A stretch of 64,000 nt of DNA from an uncultured Candidatus Binatia bacterium (GTDB lineage: Bacteria; Desulfobacterota; Binatia; UBA9968; JAJDTQ01): positions 3,488,001 through 3,552,000 of the forward strand of contig OZ243916.1 in assembly GCA_965213675.1 (NCBI GenBank), given 5' to 3'. Of the stretch, positions 51,868 to 61,571 are shown piece by piece; the stretch's first letter is position 1, and each line of letters begins with the position of its first letter. The notes below the pieces were generated by a model. It ran no database searches and had not been told where the DNA came from. It saw only the letters and a list, made by a program, of their open reading frames with translations. Position numbers and translations under genes: made by a program.

Positions 51868-52638
51868 CTACGCCTGCCGTGCTTCGGCTGGCGCGGCTGT
51901 CCCCGCCCGCGGGTCCAGTGGCCGGACGCCCGGCCAGAAGTCCCGCCAGCCGGTCATGGCCTGGACGTGGCCGTCCCACTCCAGCGTAAACGCCGTGATA
52001 CCGAGTTTCACCGCGCGCCGTATCTTGTCGCGGACTTCCGGATCGGTCGCGGCCCGGCGCAGGGTGTCGATTTGCCGGGAGCCATGCCCCACGTCCTGAT
52101 CGGCGTGAATCCGGTACGTCTCCACCTGCCGTTCAGAGAATCCGTAGTGTCCCACCAACTCCTTGTAGACCCGCGCGGCCGCGCCGTCCGGGCCGCCGTG
52201 CTGGCTCTCCACAAAGGCCAGCATGGCCACGCCCTCCAGCGCGGACCTGCGCTGGCAGCAGCCGATGATCATCTCGATGGCCGCCAGCGTGCCGGGCGTG
52301 GGCTCCGCGTTGTCCGCTTCTTCGCGTGAGACCCCGGCTTCCTCCAGGAACTGGTACATGATGTCCACGTGGCTGCGCTCGCCGGACAGCTCCTCCATGA
52401 AGTTCTCCAGCACCACGTCCGCCAGCCCCTGCTCCCGGTTCGCCACCGCGTTCACCGCCATATAGCCGAAGTAGATGGGGTTGGTGCGTACCCGGAGGTA
52501 GTGCTGCACCTCGCCCAGGACGATCTGTTCGCGAGTCCAACGGTGGTCGACGATGCCCTTGAACCAGGGATGCTCCACCATGGGCACTTGGTTTGCGTAT
52601 TCCCACAACTCGTGGATGAACTGATCCGGCGACGCCAC
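51868..52638 (-). CDS. Heme-oxygenase-like diiron enzyme (PqqC/CADD/TenA-like)
   Basis: EHPWF, ENFMEE...H, AFVE, HADQDVGH metal-ligand pattern; SD GGAGGT. Confidence 0.85.
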   Translation of the reverse strand: MASPDQFIHELWEYANQVPMVEHPWFKGIVDHRWTREQIVLGEVQHYLRVRTNPIYFGYMAVNAVANREQGLADVVLENFMEELSGERSHVDIMYQFLEEAGVSREEADNAEPTPGTLAAIEMIIGCCQRRSALEGVAMLAFVESQHGGPDGAAARVYKELVGHYGFSERQVETYRIHADQDVGHGSRQIDTLRRAATDPEVRDKIRRAVKLGITAFTLEWDGHVQAMTGWRDFWPGVRPLDPRAGTAAPAEARQA

Positions 52639-52821
52639 GGCGATACCTCCTCGGCGGGATTGATCCGGCCCATGCAAACGAGCATACTCGTATCTGGCTG
52701 GCAATCCAATACGGATCCGCGCGGGCATGGGGCCAGGGAAGTCCTCGCGGCGTCATCGCGCTGGATTCATCACGTTATTTTTGACGCGGGACCACAGGAC
52801 CGGCGCCTTGGGAGTATCAGA

Positions 52822-53292
52822 ATGCCTTGGTGGGGATGGTTGAGTATCGGTATCGTTTTGATGGGCGTGGAGCTGACGGCCGTCGACGCCGCGTTCTATC
52901 TCATTTTCGTCGGCGCCGCTGCCGTCTGCGTCGGGATCATCGGTTTGGCAGGGGTTGACCTGTCCGTCTCGGGCCAACTGGCGTCGTTCGCGGTGCTGGC
53001 GGTGGTGTCCATGGTCCTGTTCCGCGGGAAGCTCTACGACCGGGTCCGCGGCGGACTGCCGGGTTTCGAGTACAAGGTGGCCGGCCGCATCGTGTCGGTT
53101 GGCGAAGACGTTCCCTTGGGCGGTGAGACACGGGTAAGCCTCCAGGGCACCCAATGGACCGCGGTGAACGTGGGGCCGGCGCCGATCACGGCGGGCGGCC
53201 GCGCGCGTGTGGTCGGCAGAGACAGCGTGAGCCTGTCCATCGAGGGACTGGCGGGCGGCGCTGCCGGCGAACCAGGAGAGGAAAAAAAGTAA
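52822..53292 (+). CDS. NfeD family protein
   Basis: WWGWLSIG..LMGVE, TM helices, OB-fold GTQWTA; adjacent to the SPFH gene. Confidence 0.88.
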   Translation: MPWWGWLSIGIVLMGVELTAVDAAFYLIFVGAAAVCVGIIGLAGVDLSVSGQLASFAVLAVVSMVLFRGKLYDRVRGGLPGFEYKVAGRIVSVGEDVPLGGETRVSLQGTQWTAVNVGPAPITAGGRARVVGRDSVSLSIEGLAGGAAGEPGEEKK

Positions 53293-54252
53293 ATGGATGC
53301 GAATCTGGGTTTCATGATCACGGCGGGCGTTCTCGCCCTCGTCGTGCTGATCGTGCTCGTCAAGACCGCTGTCGTCGTGCCGCAACAGAGCGCCTATGTC
53401 GTCGAGAATCTCGGCAAGTACTCGCGCACCCTTCAGCCGGGCTTCAACATCCTGGTGCCGTTTCTGGAGCGGGTCGCCTACCGCCACAGCCTCAAGGAGC
53501 ACGCCATGGATATCGAGGAGCAGGTCTGCATCACCTCGGACAACGTCCAGGTGGGGGTGGACGGCGTGCTCTACCTGCAGGTGGTGGATCCGGAACGAGC
53601 CTCCTACGGCATCGGCAACTACATCTTCGCCATTTCCCAGCTCGCCCAGACCACGCTCCGCAGCGAGATCGGCAAGATCGAGCTGGACAAGACCTTCGAG
53701 GAGCGGGGCCATATCAACCAGAGCGTGGTCGAAGAGCTGGACAAGGCCTCCGACCCGTGGGGCGTCAAGGTGCTCCGCTACGAGATCAAGAACATCAACC
53801 CGCCGACGGACGTGCTTTCCGCCATGGAGAAGCAGATGCGCGCGGAGCGGGAGAAGCGCGCCACCGTGCTGTCGTCGGAGGGCGAGCGGGATGCCAAGAT
53901 CAACGAGGCCGAAGGCGACAAGCAGCAGGTCATCAAGGCGTCGGAGGCCGCCAAGCAGCGGCAGATCAACGAGGCCGAAGGCGAGGCCGCGGCCATCCTG
54001 GCGGTGGCGGAAGCCACGGCCGGAGGATTGAAGAAGGTCGCCGAGGCCCTGGACTCCGAGGGCGGCGACAAGGCCATGCAACTCCGGGTTGCCGAGAACT
54101 ACCTGGAGCGCTTCGGCAACCTCGCCAAGGAAGGCAACACCCTCATCGTTCCCGCCAACCTCAGCGACATCACCTCCATGATCAGCGCCGCCACTACGGT
54201 CCTCGGCGCCACCTCGGGGCGGGGGAACCGGGAGCCGGAACAGAGCGCGTAG
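53293..54252 (+). CDS. SPFH/band-7 (QmcA/paraslipin-like) protein
   Basis: VVENLGKY, CITSDNV, LAQTTLRSEIG, MEKQMRAEREKRA. Confidence 0.94.
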   Translation: MDANLGFMITAGVLALVVLIVLVKTAVVVPQQSAYVVENLGKYSRTLQPGFNILVPFLERVAYRHSLKEHAMDIEEQVCITSDNVQVGVDGVLYLQVVDPERASYGIGNYIFAISQLAQTTLRSEIGKIELDKTFEERGHINQSVVEELDKASDPWGVKVLRYEIKNINPPTDVLSAMEKQMRAEREKRATVLSSEGERDAKINEAEGDKQQVIKASEAAKQRQINEAEGEAAAILAVAEATAGGLKKVAEALDSEGGDKAMQLRVAENYLERFGNLAKEGNTLIVPANLSDITSMISAATTVLGATSGRGNREPEQSA

Positions 54253-54330
54253 TGAAACCCGGCTTCTGAGCGCTGATGGATAAGCCGAGGGGATGAGTAT
54301 ATAGACGGCGGTGTACGGAGGATTCCGATC

Positions 54331-54510
54331 ATGGGGAAAAAGGAACCAGAGGCAGACCGTCCGAGAGTCTACTACACATCTCGGGGCGAGCGTTACGTCC
54401 AGGCTGACGAACTCCTGCGGAGTACACGCGGGCGGGACGCAGTCAAGAAGATGGCGGACTTCGCCAACAGGCAGCGTGAACGGAAGGCTTCGGAAAATAC
54501 CTCAGACTAG
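54331..54510 (+). CDS. Small hypothetical protein (59 aa)
   Basis: GGAGG SD; MGKKEPEADRPRVYYTSRGERYVQADELLRS...; below the ORF-track cutoff. Confidence 0.55.
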   Translation: MGKKEPEADRPRVYYTSRGERYVQADELLRSTRGRDAVKKMADFANRQRERKASENTSD

Positions 54511-54573
54511 CCTCGCGTACGCAATTGCGGGCGCGATCTAGCTCCTCCATCGAGCAAGCACCTTGGCCTTGGG

Positions 54574-55284
54574 TTGGCTGCTGATTCCCGACTCGGGGGT
54601 TATTGGTTCCTCACGCATTGCAACTGGACGCGTTTCAACGCAGCACGCGCGTCCGGTTATCATCTCTTCTTTCAGGCCGCGATCGCCGGTGCGGTCCTGG
54701 TTGTCGTTGCATACGTCATCGCTTCACTAGGATTCCATGTGTGTCCGTATGGCGGTGCATTGTGGCAGTCCTTCGTACCTTTTTCCTACTCTGGCACCGC
54801 TGTATTGAGTGCGATGTTGGGAGTCGCGTCGCCACTGATCTTGAATCGCTTCCATGGCAAAGGAACGGCCACCAGACAGGCGGCACGGGACAAGGGCGAC
54901 CTGATGGAACTACTTCTCGCGGAATCGACAGAACGGCAGTTATTTGTCGAGCTTTCACTGCGTACGGGGAAGTCCTACATAGGATTGGCCCTCAATAGCG
55001 GACTCCAGGCCCACGGGGAATCTGACATCGCCCTTATCCCGCTGGCCAGTGGATATCGAGAACCTGGCAGTCAAGAATTGAGAATCACGACCTACTATTC
55101 CGACATCATTGGGGAATGGCTTGATGAGCTGGACGAGTCTGGGGAATGGAACGAGAAGCCGGAAGTGTCGGAGGAGCGACTTGATGATTTGAACGATTTT
55201 CGGATCGTTGTCCCCATGTCGGAAATCGTGTCGGCGCGGTTGTTCGATCTCGATGTGTACGAACGTTTCCAAGAAGAGTCTTGA
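54574..55284 (+). CDS. Hypothetical membrane protein (possible frameshift near the N-terminus)
   Basis: TM segments followed by a soluble domain (LSLRTGKSYIG, SGYRE, FRIVVP); lower GC than flanks. Confidence 0.65.
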   Translation: MAADSRLGGYWFLTHCNWTRFNAARASGYHLFFQAAIAGAVLVVVAYVIASLGFHVCPYGGALWQSFVPFSYSGTAVLSAMLGVASPLILNRFHGKGTATRQAARDKGDLMELLLAESTERQLFVELSLRTGKSYIGLALNSGLQAHGESDIALIPLASGYREPGSQELRITTYYSDIIGEWLDELDESGEWNEKPEVSEERLDDLNDFRIVVPMSEIVSARLFDLDVYERFQEES

Positions 55285-55335
55285 CCGCGGAAGGAGCCGG
55301 TGTCCAACGCGCGAGCGTGAACGAATGGGGCCTCG

Positions 55336-55629
55336 ATGAAGGATTCAAAGGCTGTAGCATTGCTCGCCGGCTTGGTGCGTACTTTCAGGGCGGGAGACAT
55401 CGAAATGCGCTTCGACGAAAGGCAACGCGCGACCCTCGACCTGCTCTGCCGCAAGGGTTTCGTGGACCTCTCCAACGACGGTTTTCGCCTGACCGAAACC
55501 GGCGGGTCCTACACGGTGCGTTCGCAGGTGCCGCCCGTGACGCCCAAGGGAATTCTGTTTCTGGAGCGTCTCCCCATCGACGAATTCACCGACCGGCCGG
55601 GGCTGTTCCGGTTTCTCGGATGGCTGTGA
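55336..55629 (+). CDS. Hypothetical protein, possible winged helix
   Basis: LDLLCRKGFV and VTPKGILFLE patterns. Confidence 0.55.
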   Translation: MKDSKAVALLAGLVRTFRAGDIEMRFDERQRATLDLLCRKGFVDLSNDGFRLTETGGSYTVRSQVPPVTPKGILFLERLPIDEFTDRPGLFRFLGWL

Positions 55630-55660
55630 CGGCGTCGGCTCCGTTTGAAAGGAACACACC

Positions 55661-57025
55661 ATGGACGGGCTTGTAGACAGGATCGCGGCATTCGTCGTCG
55701 ACAGTGATTTCGACAACCTGCCGCCAGACGTCGTCGATGCGGCGAAGGCAGCGGTCCTCGACTGCGTCGGCGTTGCGCTGGCGGGCTCGGAGGAGGAGAG
55801 CGCGCGCATTTGCGGCACGCTGGCGCGGCAGGAATCCGGGGCCGCCGAGGCAACGGTCATCGGCCAGGGTTTCCAGACGTCGGCTTCCTGGGCGGCGCTG
55901 TGCAACGGCACCTCGGCGCACGCCCTGGACTTCGATCACAGCTATCTCATGGGTCAACCCACCGCCGGCCTGATTCCGGCCGTTCTTGCCATGGGCGAGA
56001 CAGTGGGGGCCAGCGGCCAGGATGTGCTGACCGCCTACGTGGCCGGTTTCGAGGTGGTGTCCCGGCTGGCCCGCTCCATGCCGCAACTGTCCACGCACGG
56101 TCACTGGCACGCCACCTCCAGTATCGGCACGGTGGGCGCTGCGGCGTGTTGCGCCCGGCTCGCGGGGCTCGACGCGGCCGCCGCGCGCAACGCCCTGGGC
56201 ATCGCCGCGTCCATGGCGTCGGGAATGGTGTGGAACTTCGCCACCATGACCAAACCGCTGCACTCGGGGCTGGCGGCTCAAAACGGAGTGATGGCGGCGC
56301 GGCTGGCGGCCCGAGGTTTCACCTCCAGCGCGGCGGCCCTGGAAGAGGGAAAAGGGATGCTCGACTGCTTCGCGCGCGGCCTGGAATGTGGCGTGACGCC
56401 GTTCGAGAGCCTCGGCCGCACGTTCGACCTCACGGACATCGGCATCAGCGTCAAGCCGTATCCCTGCGGCGGCCTGACCCACTCCGCGGTGGACGCCGTG
56501 CTGGAGTTGCGGCAGGCTGGCCTTCGGGCGGATGAGGTGGATTCCATGCGGGTGGGTGTGACGTCCCAGGTCCATGACCGGATCATGAACGCGCTGCCCG
56601 CCAACGGCATCGAGTCCAAGTTCAGCATGCCCTACATCCTGGCGCGGGCGCTCGTGGATGGGGCGCTGCTGCTGGACACGTTCACGGACGAGGCCGCGGC
56701 CGACCCCGCCATCCGGCGCATCGCGGGAAACATCGTCATGGAACTGGACGCCAGCCTCGTGGAGACCGCGGACGGCGCGCGTCCCGCCGCGGTGATGGTC
56801 CGTCTCAAGGATGGCGGCGAGTTGCACCGCCGTGTGGACCACTCGCGAGGAAGGCCCGAAAAGCCCCTGACCCAGGCGGAGTTGCGCGACAAGTTCGACA
56901 CCTGCGCCGCTCGCGTCCTGGACCCGGAGCGTAGCCGGCACATGGCCGACGTCATCGACGGCCTGGATCGTGTCGAGAGTATCCGCGAGCTATGTGAGTC
57001 GTTGGCAGGGTCGCCCAGCGAATGA
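55661..57025 (+). CDS. MmgE/PrpD family protein
   Basis: LDCVGVALAG, NGTSAHALDFD, GHWHAT, TKPLH, KPYPC, KFSMPY. Confidence 0.92.
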   Translation: MDGLVDRIAAFVVDSDFDNLPPDVVDAAKAAVLDCVGVALAGSEEESARICGTLARQESGAAEATVIGQGFQTSASWAALCNGTSAHALDFDHSYLMGQPTAGLIPAVLAMGETVGASGQDVLTAYVAGFEVVSRLARSMPQLSTHGHWHATSSIGTVGAAACCARLAGLDAAAARNALGIAASMASGMVWNFATMTKPLHSGLAAQNGVMAARLAARGFTSSAAALEEGKGMLDCFARGLECGVTPFESLGRTFDLTDIGISVKPYPCGGLTHSAVDAVLELRQAGLRADEVDSMRVGVTSQVHDRIMNALPANGIESKFSMPYILARALVDGALLLDTFTDEAAADPAIRRIAGNIVMELDASLVETADGARPAAVMVRLKDGGELHRRVDHSRGRPEKPLTQAELRDKFDTCAARVLDPERSRHMADVIDGLDRVESIRELCESLAGSPSE

Positions 57026-57066
57026 CCGAAAGCGCGGTCGCGTGACCACCGCTCCCGTTCCGCGCG

Positions 57067-58074
57067 TTACATCTTCTCCGCGTTACCCTCGTCCTCGAAC
57101 TCCGGCGCCCAGCCCTCGCCGAAAGCGTCGGCTTCCTCGAAACCTTCCGTGCGCCATTCGTCGATGAGTTGCTGAATGGGTATCTTGCGCCGCATGAGCC
57201 CCTTCATGAGGTTCTTGTACATGGGCGCCACGTGGGTCTGGGCGTTGATGGGGCACACCGTCAGGCACACCTTGCAGCCCTCGTACTGTTCGAAGTAGGG
57301 GCGGCACTGGGGCGTGTCCACATGCCACCGGAGGGTGCCGAAGATTTCCTGCTTCTGCGGAACGATGGCGTCGCCCGGGCAGAAGTTGGTGCATGCGTTG
57401 CAGCGCAGACAGAAGTCGTCGAAACCGAAGTTGGCCGGCTGTTTCTCGGGGACCAGCGGCATCTCCGTGGTCACCGCGCCCAGGCGCACGCTCGGGCCGA
57501 ACTTCTTCGTGATGAGGGAGCCGTGACGCCCCAGCTCGCCCAGGCCGGCCTTCCACGCCACCGGGATGAACAGGATGTCGCCCTCGTTGCGGTAGCCCAC
57601 CGCGTGGTAGCCGTAGGAGCGGATGTACTGCGCCAGTCGCACGGAAATGTCCGACAGGAGGTAGTAGACCTTGTGCACCTCCATCTGCGCCAGTGGACCC
57701 AGCCGCTTCATCTCCTCGAAGTCCATGTGGACAGCGAAGGAGATCGCCACCTTGTGCCCTTGCGGCGGCTTGGTGCCACGCACGTAGTCGAACTCGTCGA
57801 CGGGCGCCACGCCCACCAGGTCAGCGCCCATGTCCAGCGCCACCTTCTTGAGCGTCCGGGTGACCCCGGCCCAGTCGTTGGTCTCCAGCCGGTCGGGATT
57901 CACCGGGCCGTCGTGAAGGTTGCGGCGGTCGTGGTCCTCGCGCATGAACATGAAGCGGCGCGTCTGCGGATGGCGCCTGGCCTTGGTCACCTGGCCTGTT
58001 TTCTTGTCGTTGAAGGGCCACTGCTTGATGGGTTGCTCCCGGTTTTCCGTGAAGACAATGCCGCTGGGTTCCAT
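57067..58074 (-). CDS. Reductive-dehalogenase/QueG-like cobalamin 2x[4Fe-4S] protein
   Basis: GADLVGVA, AGLGELGRHGSLITKKFGPSVRL, FCLRCNACTNFCP, C...GCKVCLTVCP. Confidence 0.85.
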   Translation of the reverse strand: MEPSGIVFTENREQPIKQWPFNDKKTGQVTKARRHPQTRRFMFMREDHDRRNLHDGPVNPDRLETNDWAGVTRTLKKVALDMGADLVGVAPVDEFDYVRGTKPPQGHKVAISFAVHMDFEEMKRLGPLAQMEVHKVYYLLSDISVRLAQYIRSYGYHAVGYRNEGDILFIPVAWKAGLGELGRHGSLITKKFGPSVRLGAVTTEMPLVPEKQPANFGFDDFCLRCNACTNFCPGDAIVPQKQEIFGTLRWHVDTPQCRPYFEQYEGCKVCLTVCPINAQTHVAPMYKNLMKGLMRRKIPIQQLIDEWRTEGFEEADAFGEGWAPEFEDEGNAEKM

Positions 58075-58550
58075 GCTTGGCTCCTCTCCTGGGGCAGGTT
58101 TCGGCGAACCGAGCTGCGGGCCGCCTCCGATGCGCGCCCGGATCTTATCAGAATGGCTGCGCGGATGTCATGCTACACCAGAACCGGACGTTCATGGAAC
58201 CTGTCCCATGCAACGAACAGGGTGATCCCACGCTGACCGAGCCTCCGCGTCGAGCGCCGGACGGGGCTGGTTCTTGTCCTTGGGAAGCCGCGTTGCGCCG
58301 GAAGAACGCCGTCCGAACCTCCGATTTCGGTGCAAGACGGCAGCGTGGGCCAGTCCTGTGCGACGAATCCTCTTCGCCGTCCCCGCTTGCGACAGCCATT
58401 CCCGGAGAATCTCCAGCCCCTTCCCGGTACAAACGGTTTGGCTTCGTCGCGCCAACACCCGTGCTTGTGCTGCCCGCCCGCCTCCTTTACGGTTCGCAAT
58501 AACATTGAACCGGGTGCGCTCTGCGCCCAACTGCTCGCAGGAGAACCATC

Positions 58551-60242
58551 ATGCAAATGACCGCGGGACATGCCGTGGCGGAAGTGCTGGCCCAGCTCGG
58601 CGTGCGCAAGGTGATCGGCGTCGTGGGCTCGTGCATGCTCGAGATACTCGACGGCATGTACGGCCGGGACGACATCCAGTTCCTCTCCACGCGCCACGAG
58701 CAGGCCGCCGCCCTCATGGCTGACGGCTTCGCGCGCATCGCCGGCCGTCCCGGCGTGTGCATCGCCACCAATGGCCCCGGCGCCACCAACCTCTTGACCG
58801 GCGTGGCCAACGCCTTCCACGCCCAGAGCCCCGTGCTGGTCATCACCGGCGCGCCCATGATGAAGGACATGTTCCGGGACTCGGCCCAGGAGATCGACCA
58901 GCAGGCCATCTTCCGGCCGGTGGTCAAGTGGTCGGCGCAGGTGCGCAAGCCCGAGCAGGCCGCGGCCCTCACTTGGGAAGCCTGGCAGCGCACCCTGACG
59001 GGCGTCCCCGGCCCCGTGCACCTGGACCTGCCCCGGGACGTGTTGAACGAGAACGTCGAGATGCCGGACATGGGCGGGCTGTTCCGCGGCGCGGTGGCCG
59101 CTCCCGCGCCCGATGCGGAAGCGGTGGCCGCGGCCGTCCGCCTGCTCGGGAAGGCGCGCCGCCCTGTGCTGTTGGCTGGCGGCGGGGTGCTGTGGTCCGA
59201 GGCCAGCGATGATCTGGTGGCGTTGTCCAAGCGTCTCAACGCGCCCGTCCTTTCCTCCACCGGCCGGGACGATGTCGCACCGCATTCGTATCCCCTGTAC
59301 CTCGGCACCATCGGCCGGGGAGCGCTGCCCGAGGCCCAGGCATTCTTCAAGCAGGCAGACCTGGTGGTGGCCGTGGGCACGAGTCTGGGCCACCTGACCA
59401 CCTTTTGGCGCCCGGACTTCCTGGCCCCAGGCACCCGGTTGATCCACGTGGCCCAGGACCGCAACAACCTCGGCCGGGTCTACCCCGCCGAGGTCGGCAT
59501 CCAGGCCGACGCCCGGGCCGCCCTCCAGGCGTTCCTGGACGCGGTGGAAGGCGACAGCCCGAGCCGTGTGGGCTGGCTCCGGAAGGCCGCTGCCCTGCGC
59601 GTTGCCCAGGAACGGCACCGGCAGCAGGCGTCCCGCTGCGACAGCCGGCCCATCGACCCGCGCCGCGCCCACGCCGCCCTGCACAAGGTCTTGCCCAAGG
59701 ACGCCATCGTCGCCCTCGACGCCGGCGTCGGCCCCGGCTACGTCTACGAGTACCAGACCTTCGAGCAGCCCCGGAGCCTGCTGGCGCCCCAGGGTCTCGC
59801 CGCCATCGGCATCGGCTACCCTGTGGGTCTCGGCGCCAAGCTCGCCGCCCCCGACCGCCCGGTTGTCACCCTGAGCGGCGACGGCTCCTTCCTCTACAAC
59901 GGCGCCGAACTGGAAACCGCGGTGCGCGAGAACATCCCCACCACCTGCATCATCTTCAACAACTTCAACTACGGCTCCGAGCGCGCCTACCAGAAATTCT
60001 ATTACGACGAGCGCTACATCGGCGACGCCATCGGCAACCCACCCTTCGACGAATACGCGCGCCTGTTCGGCGCCGCCGGCCTGCGCGTCACCGAGCCCGG
60101 CGAGTTGGAGGACGCCTTCGCCGAGGCCCTGCGCTTGGGAAAGGCACAGCCGGTCCTGGTGGATGTGCTGTGCAGCGCGGACGTGTTCCCCGAACCCCGG
60201 CGGAAGGAGACGGTGAAGGCGGACCGGCTGCGGCAGGGGTAG
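58551..60242 (+). CDS. Thiamine-diphosphate-dependent enzyme (Xsc/ALS-like)
   Basis: RHEQAA, NGPGATN, GDGSF...NNFNYG. Confidence 0.9.
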   Translation: MQMTAGHAVAEVLAQLGVRKVIGVVGSCMLEILDGMYGRDDIQFLSTRHEQAAALMADGFARIAGRPGVCIATNGPGATNLLTGVANAFHAQSPVLVITGAPMMKDMFRDSAQEIDQQAIFRPVVKWSAQVRKPEQAAALTWEAWQRTLTGVPGPVHLDLPRDVLNENVEMPDMGGLFRGAVAAPAPDAEAVAAAVRLLGKARRPVLLAGGGVLWSEASDDLVALSKRLNAPVLSSTGRDDVAPHSYPLYLGTIGRGALPEAQAFFKQADLVVAVGTSLGHLTTFWRPDFLAPGTRLIHVAQDRNNLGRVYPAEVGIQADARAALQAFLDAVEGDSPSRVGWLRKAAALRVAQERHRQQASRCDSRPIDPRRAHAALHKVLPKDAIVALDAGVGPGYVYEYQTFEQPRSLLAPQGLAAIGIGYPVGLGAKLAAPDRPVVTLSGDGSFLYNGAELETAVRENIPTTCIIFNNFNYGSERAYQKFYYDERYIGDAIGNPPFDEYARLFGAAGLRVTEPGELEDAFAEALRLGKAQPVLVDVLCSADVFPEPRRKETVKADRLRQG

Positions 60243-60400
60243 AAGCCTGTCCGTGTCGTCGGGAACCGCTGCGAGGCCTGGACGCGGTTCCCGGAAAGAT
60301 CCTGATCCAGCGACCCCGGGCAACCGGTCGCCCATCGACTGGCTCAAGACAGGCCTCTCGAAGCGCGGTCGAAGGACGCAATCCGCGTGTTCGCTGGGCG

Positions 60401-61219
60401 TCAGTCGCTGATCTGGAACTGCAGCAGCGTGGCGGGTGTCTTGTAGTAGGCGGCGCGGGCATCCGCCTCCGAGGTGTACTGGCCGGGCGGCAACCGGCGC
60501 GCGCGAACCGTGACTGGAAGCGGTGTGACATCGAAAGGGTAGGGGTCCATCTGTACGGAGCCGTCCGGTTTGGGGGTGATGCGCAACTCGACGCCGCGGT
60601 TGGGTGCGTAGCCGGCCGGAATGGGCGCCAGGCGTTCCTCCTTGAAGCCGCTGTCGCCGTGGCCGTCGCAACAGAAGTACAGCGACAGCAGGTCGAAGAG
60701 CTGGAGCATGCGGTAGTTGATCCACAACTCTTTCTCGAAGGCCGGGTTCCCGGCGGTCAGGTTCGCCTTGTCCCGTTGCTGTTGCGCTTCGAGCTCGCCC
60801 AGCGCGGCCTGCACCGGGGCGCTCAGCTCGCGGACACGCGGCTGGGGGCTGGTGAGGACGTCGTAGCGGCCGCGCCACAGTCCGGTGCGATGCATGGAGA
60901 CCAGGATGCCGGCATAGAGGTCGTGGCCGCGAACCCATTCCACGTTTCGCCGGTACGCCATCAACTCGGTGGCCTCGAAATCCGGGATTCGCTCGCGGTG
61001 CCCGTACGGCCGGCCCTTGTCCGCGTTCATCCGCGGCATTCCTTCCCACTCGCGGTAGCCGCTGTCGTGATACGTGGTGGCGAAGACCATGGTGTCGTAG
61101 GGCCGCAGTCGCGCGAACCGGTCGTTGCCCCAATGGGCCGCGAACTGCGCCGACAACTCGGCGTGTTCTTCCTGCGTGCTGGCGTAGGTGGAACCGTCCG
61201 AGAGTTCACGTATGACCAT
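60401..61219 (-). CDS. DUF3891-like protein
   Basis: TQEEHAELSAQFAAHWGN, HDSGY, DLLSLYFC, DPYPF. Confidence 0.8.
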   Translation of the reverse strand: MVIRELSDGSTYASTQEEHAELSAQFAAHWGNDRFARLRPYDTMVFATTYHDSGYREWEGMPRMNADKGRPYGHRERIPDFEATELMAYRRNVEWVRGHDLYAGILVSMHRTGLWRGRYDVLTSPQPRVRELSAPVQAALGELEAQQQRDKANLTAGNPAFEKELWINYRMLQLFDLLSLYFCCDGHGDSGFKEERLAPIPAGYAPNRGVELRITPKPDGSVQMDPYPFDVTPLPVTVRARRLPPGQYTSEADARAAYYKTPATLLQFQISD

Positions 61220-61249
61220 GGCAAGTCCTCCTTCGACCCTTGATCACCA

Positions 61250-61361
61250 TGCGTCAGGCGACGTACGAGTTCTTCCATCGAGGCGCCGACTGTCGGGCCT
61301 CGCCCTTGAGTCAGGACTTGTCTCCGGGATCGATATCGCCGACGATGAGGCTTGTGCTCAT
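61250..61361 (-). pseudogene. Ribbon-helix-helix (FitA/Arc-like) antitoxin remnant
   Basis: MSTSLIVGDIDPGDKS*LKGEARQ then a frameshift into VGASMEELVRRL. Confidence 0.5.
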
Positions 61362-61571
61362 GTCGGCTTCTTCACAGGAATAAACAGTCGTCCAAGGGCC
61401 ATTTCAGCAGCAAAATATGCTATCAGAAGTCGCGCGTCAAAAAGGCGCGTCAAAGAGTTGACACATTGCGCCCGCTGTCCCGCCGATCCGGCGGATCGTT
61501 GGAGCGGGTGGCCGAAGCGGTTCCGTGGGGGCTAGGAAGGGCAAGCGCTCCGATCAAGGGAAGGGATTCCG

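Noticed and set aside
58075-58550. Cobalamin riboswitch upstream of the dehalogenase-like gene
   Set aside because: Only scattered short matches (gggaagg, acctgcc) on the minus strand; the conserved core could not be assembled. An Infernal scan would settle it.
58173-61133. Very long antisense or alternate-frame ORFs (e.g. 986 aa here, 709 aa at 4335-6464, 646 aa at 10504-12444)
   Set aside because: They are shadows of well-supported genes in high-GC DNA, with no recognisable motifs.
44637-61361. Genome-wide UGA=Trp recoding, suggested by TGA at apparent Trp positions in higB and the RHH remnant
   Set aside because: Many core genes (xerC, hslV, argG, dapF) end at TGA at their expected C-termini, and Trp is encoded by TGG throughout.
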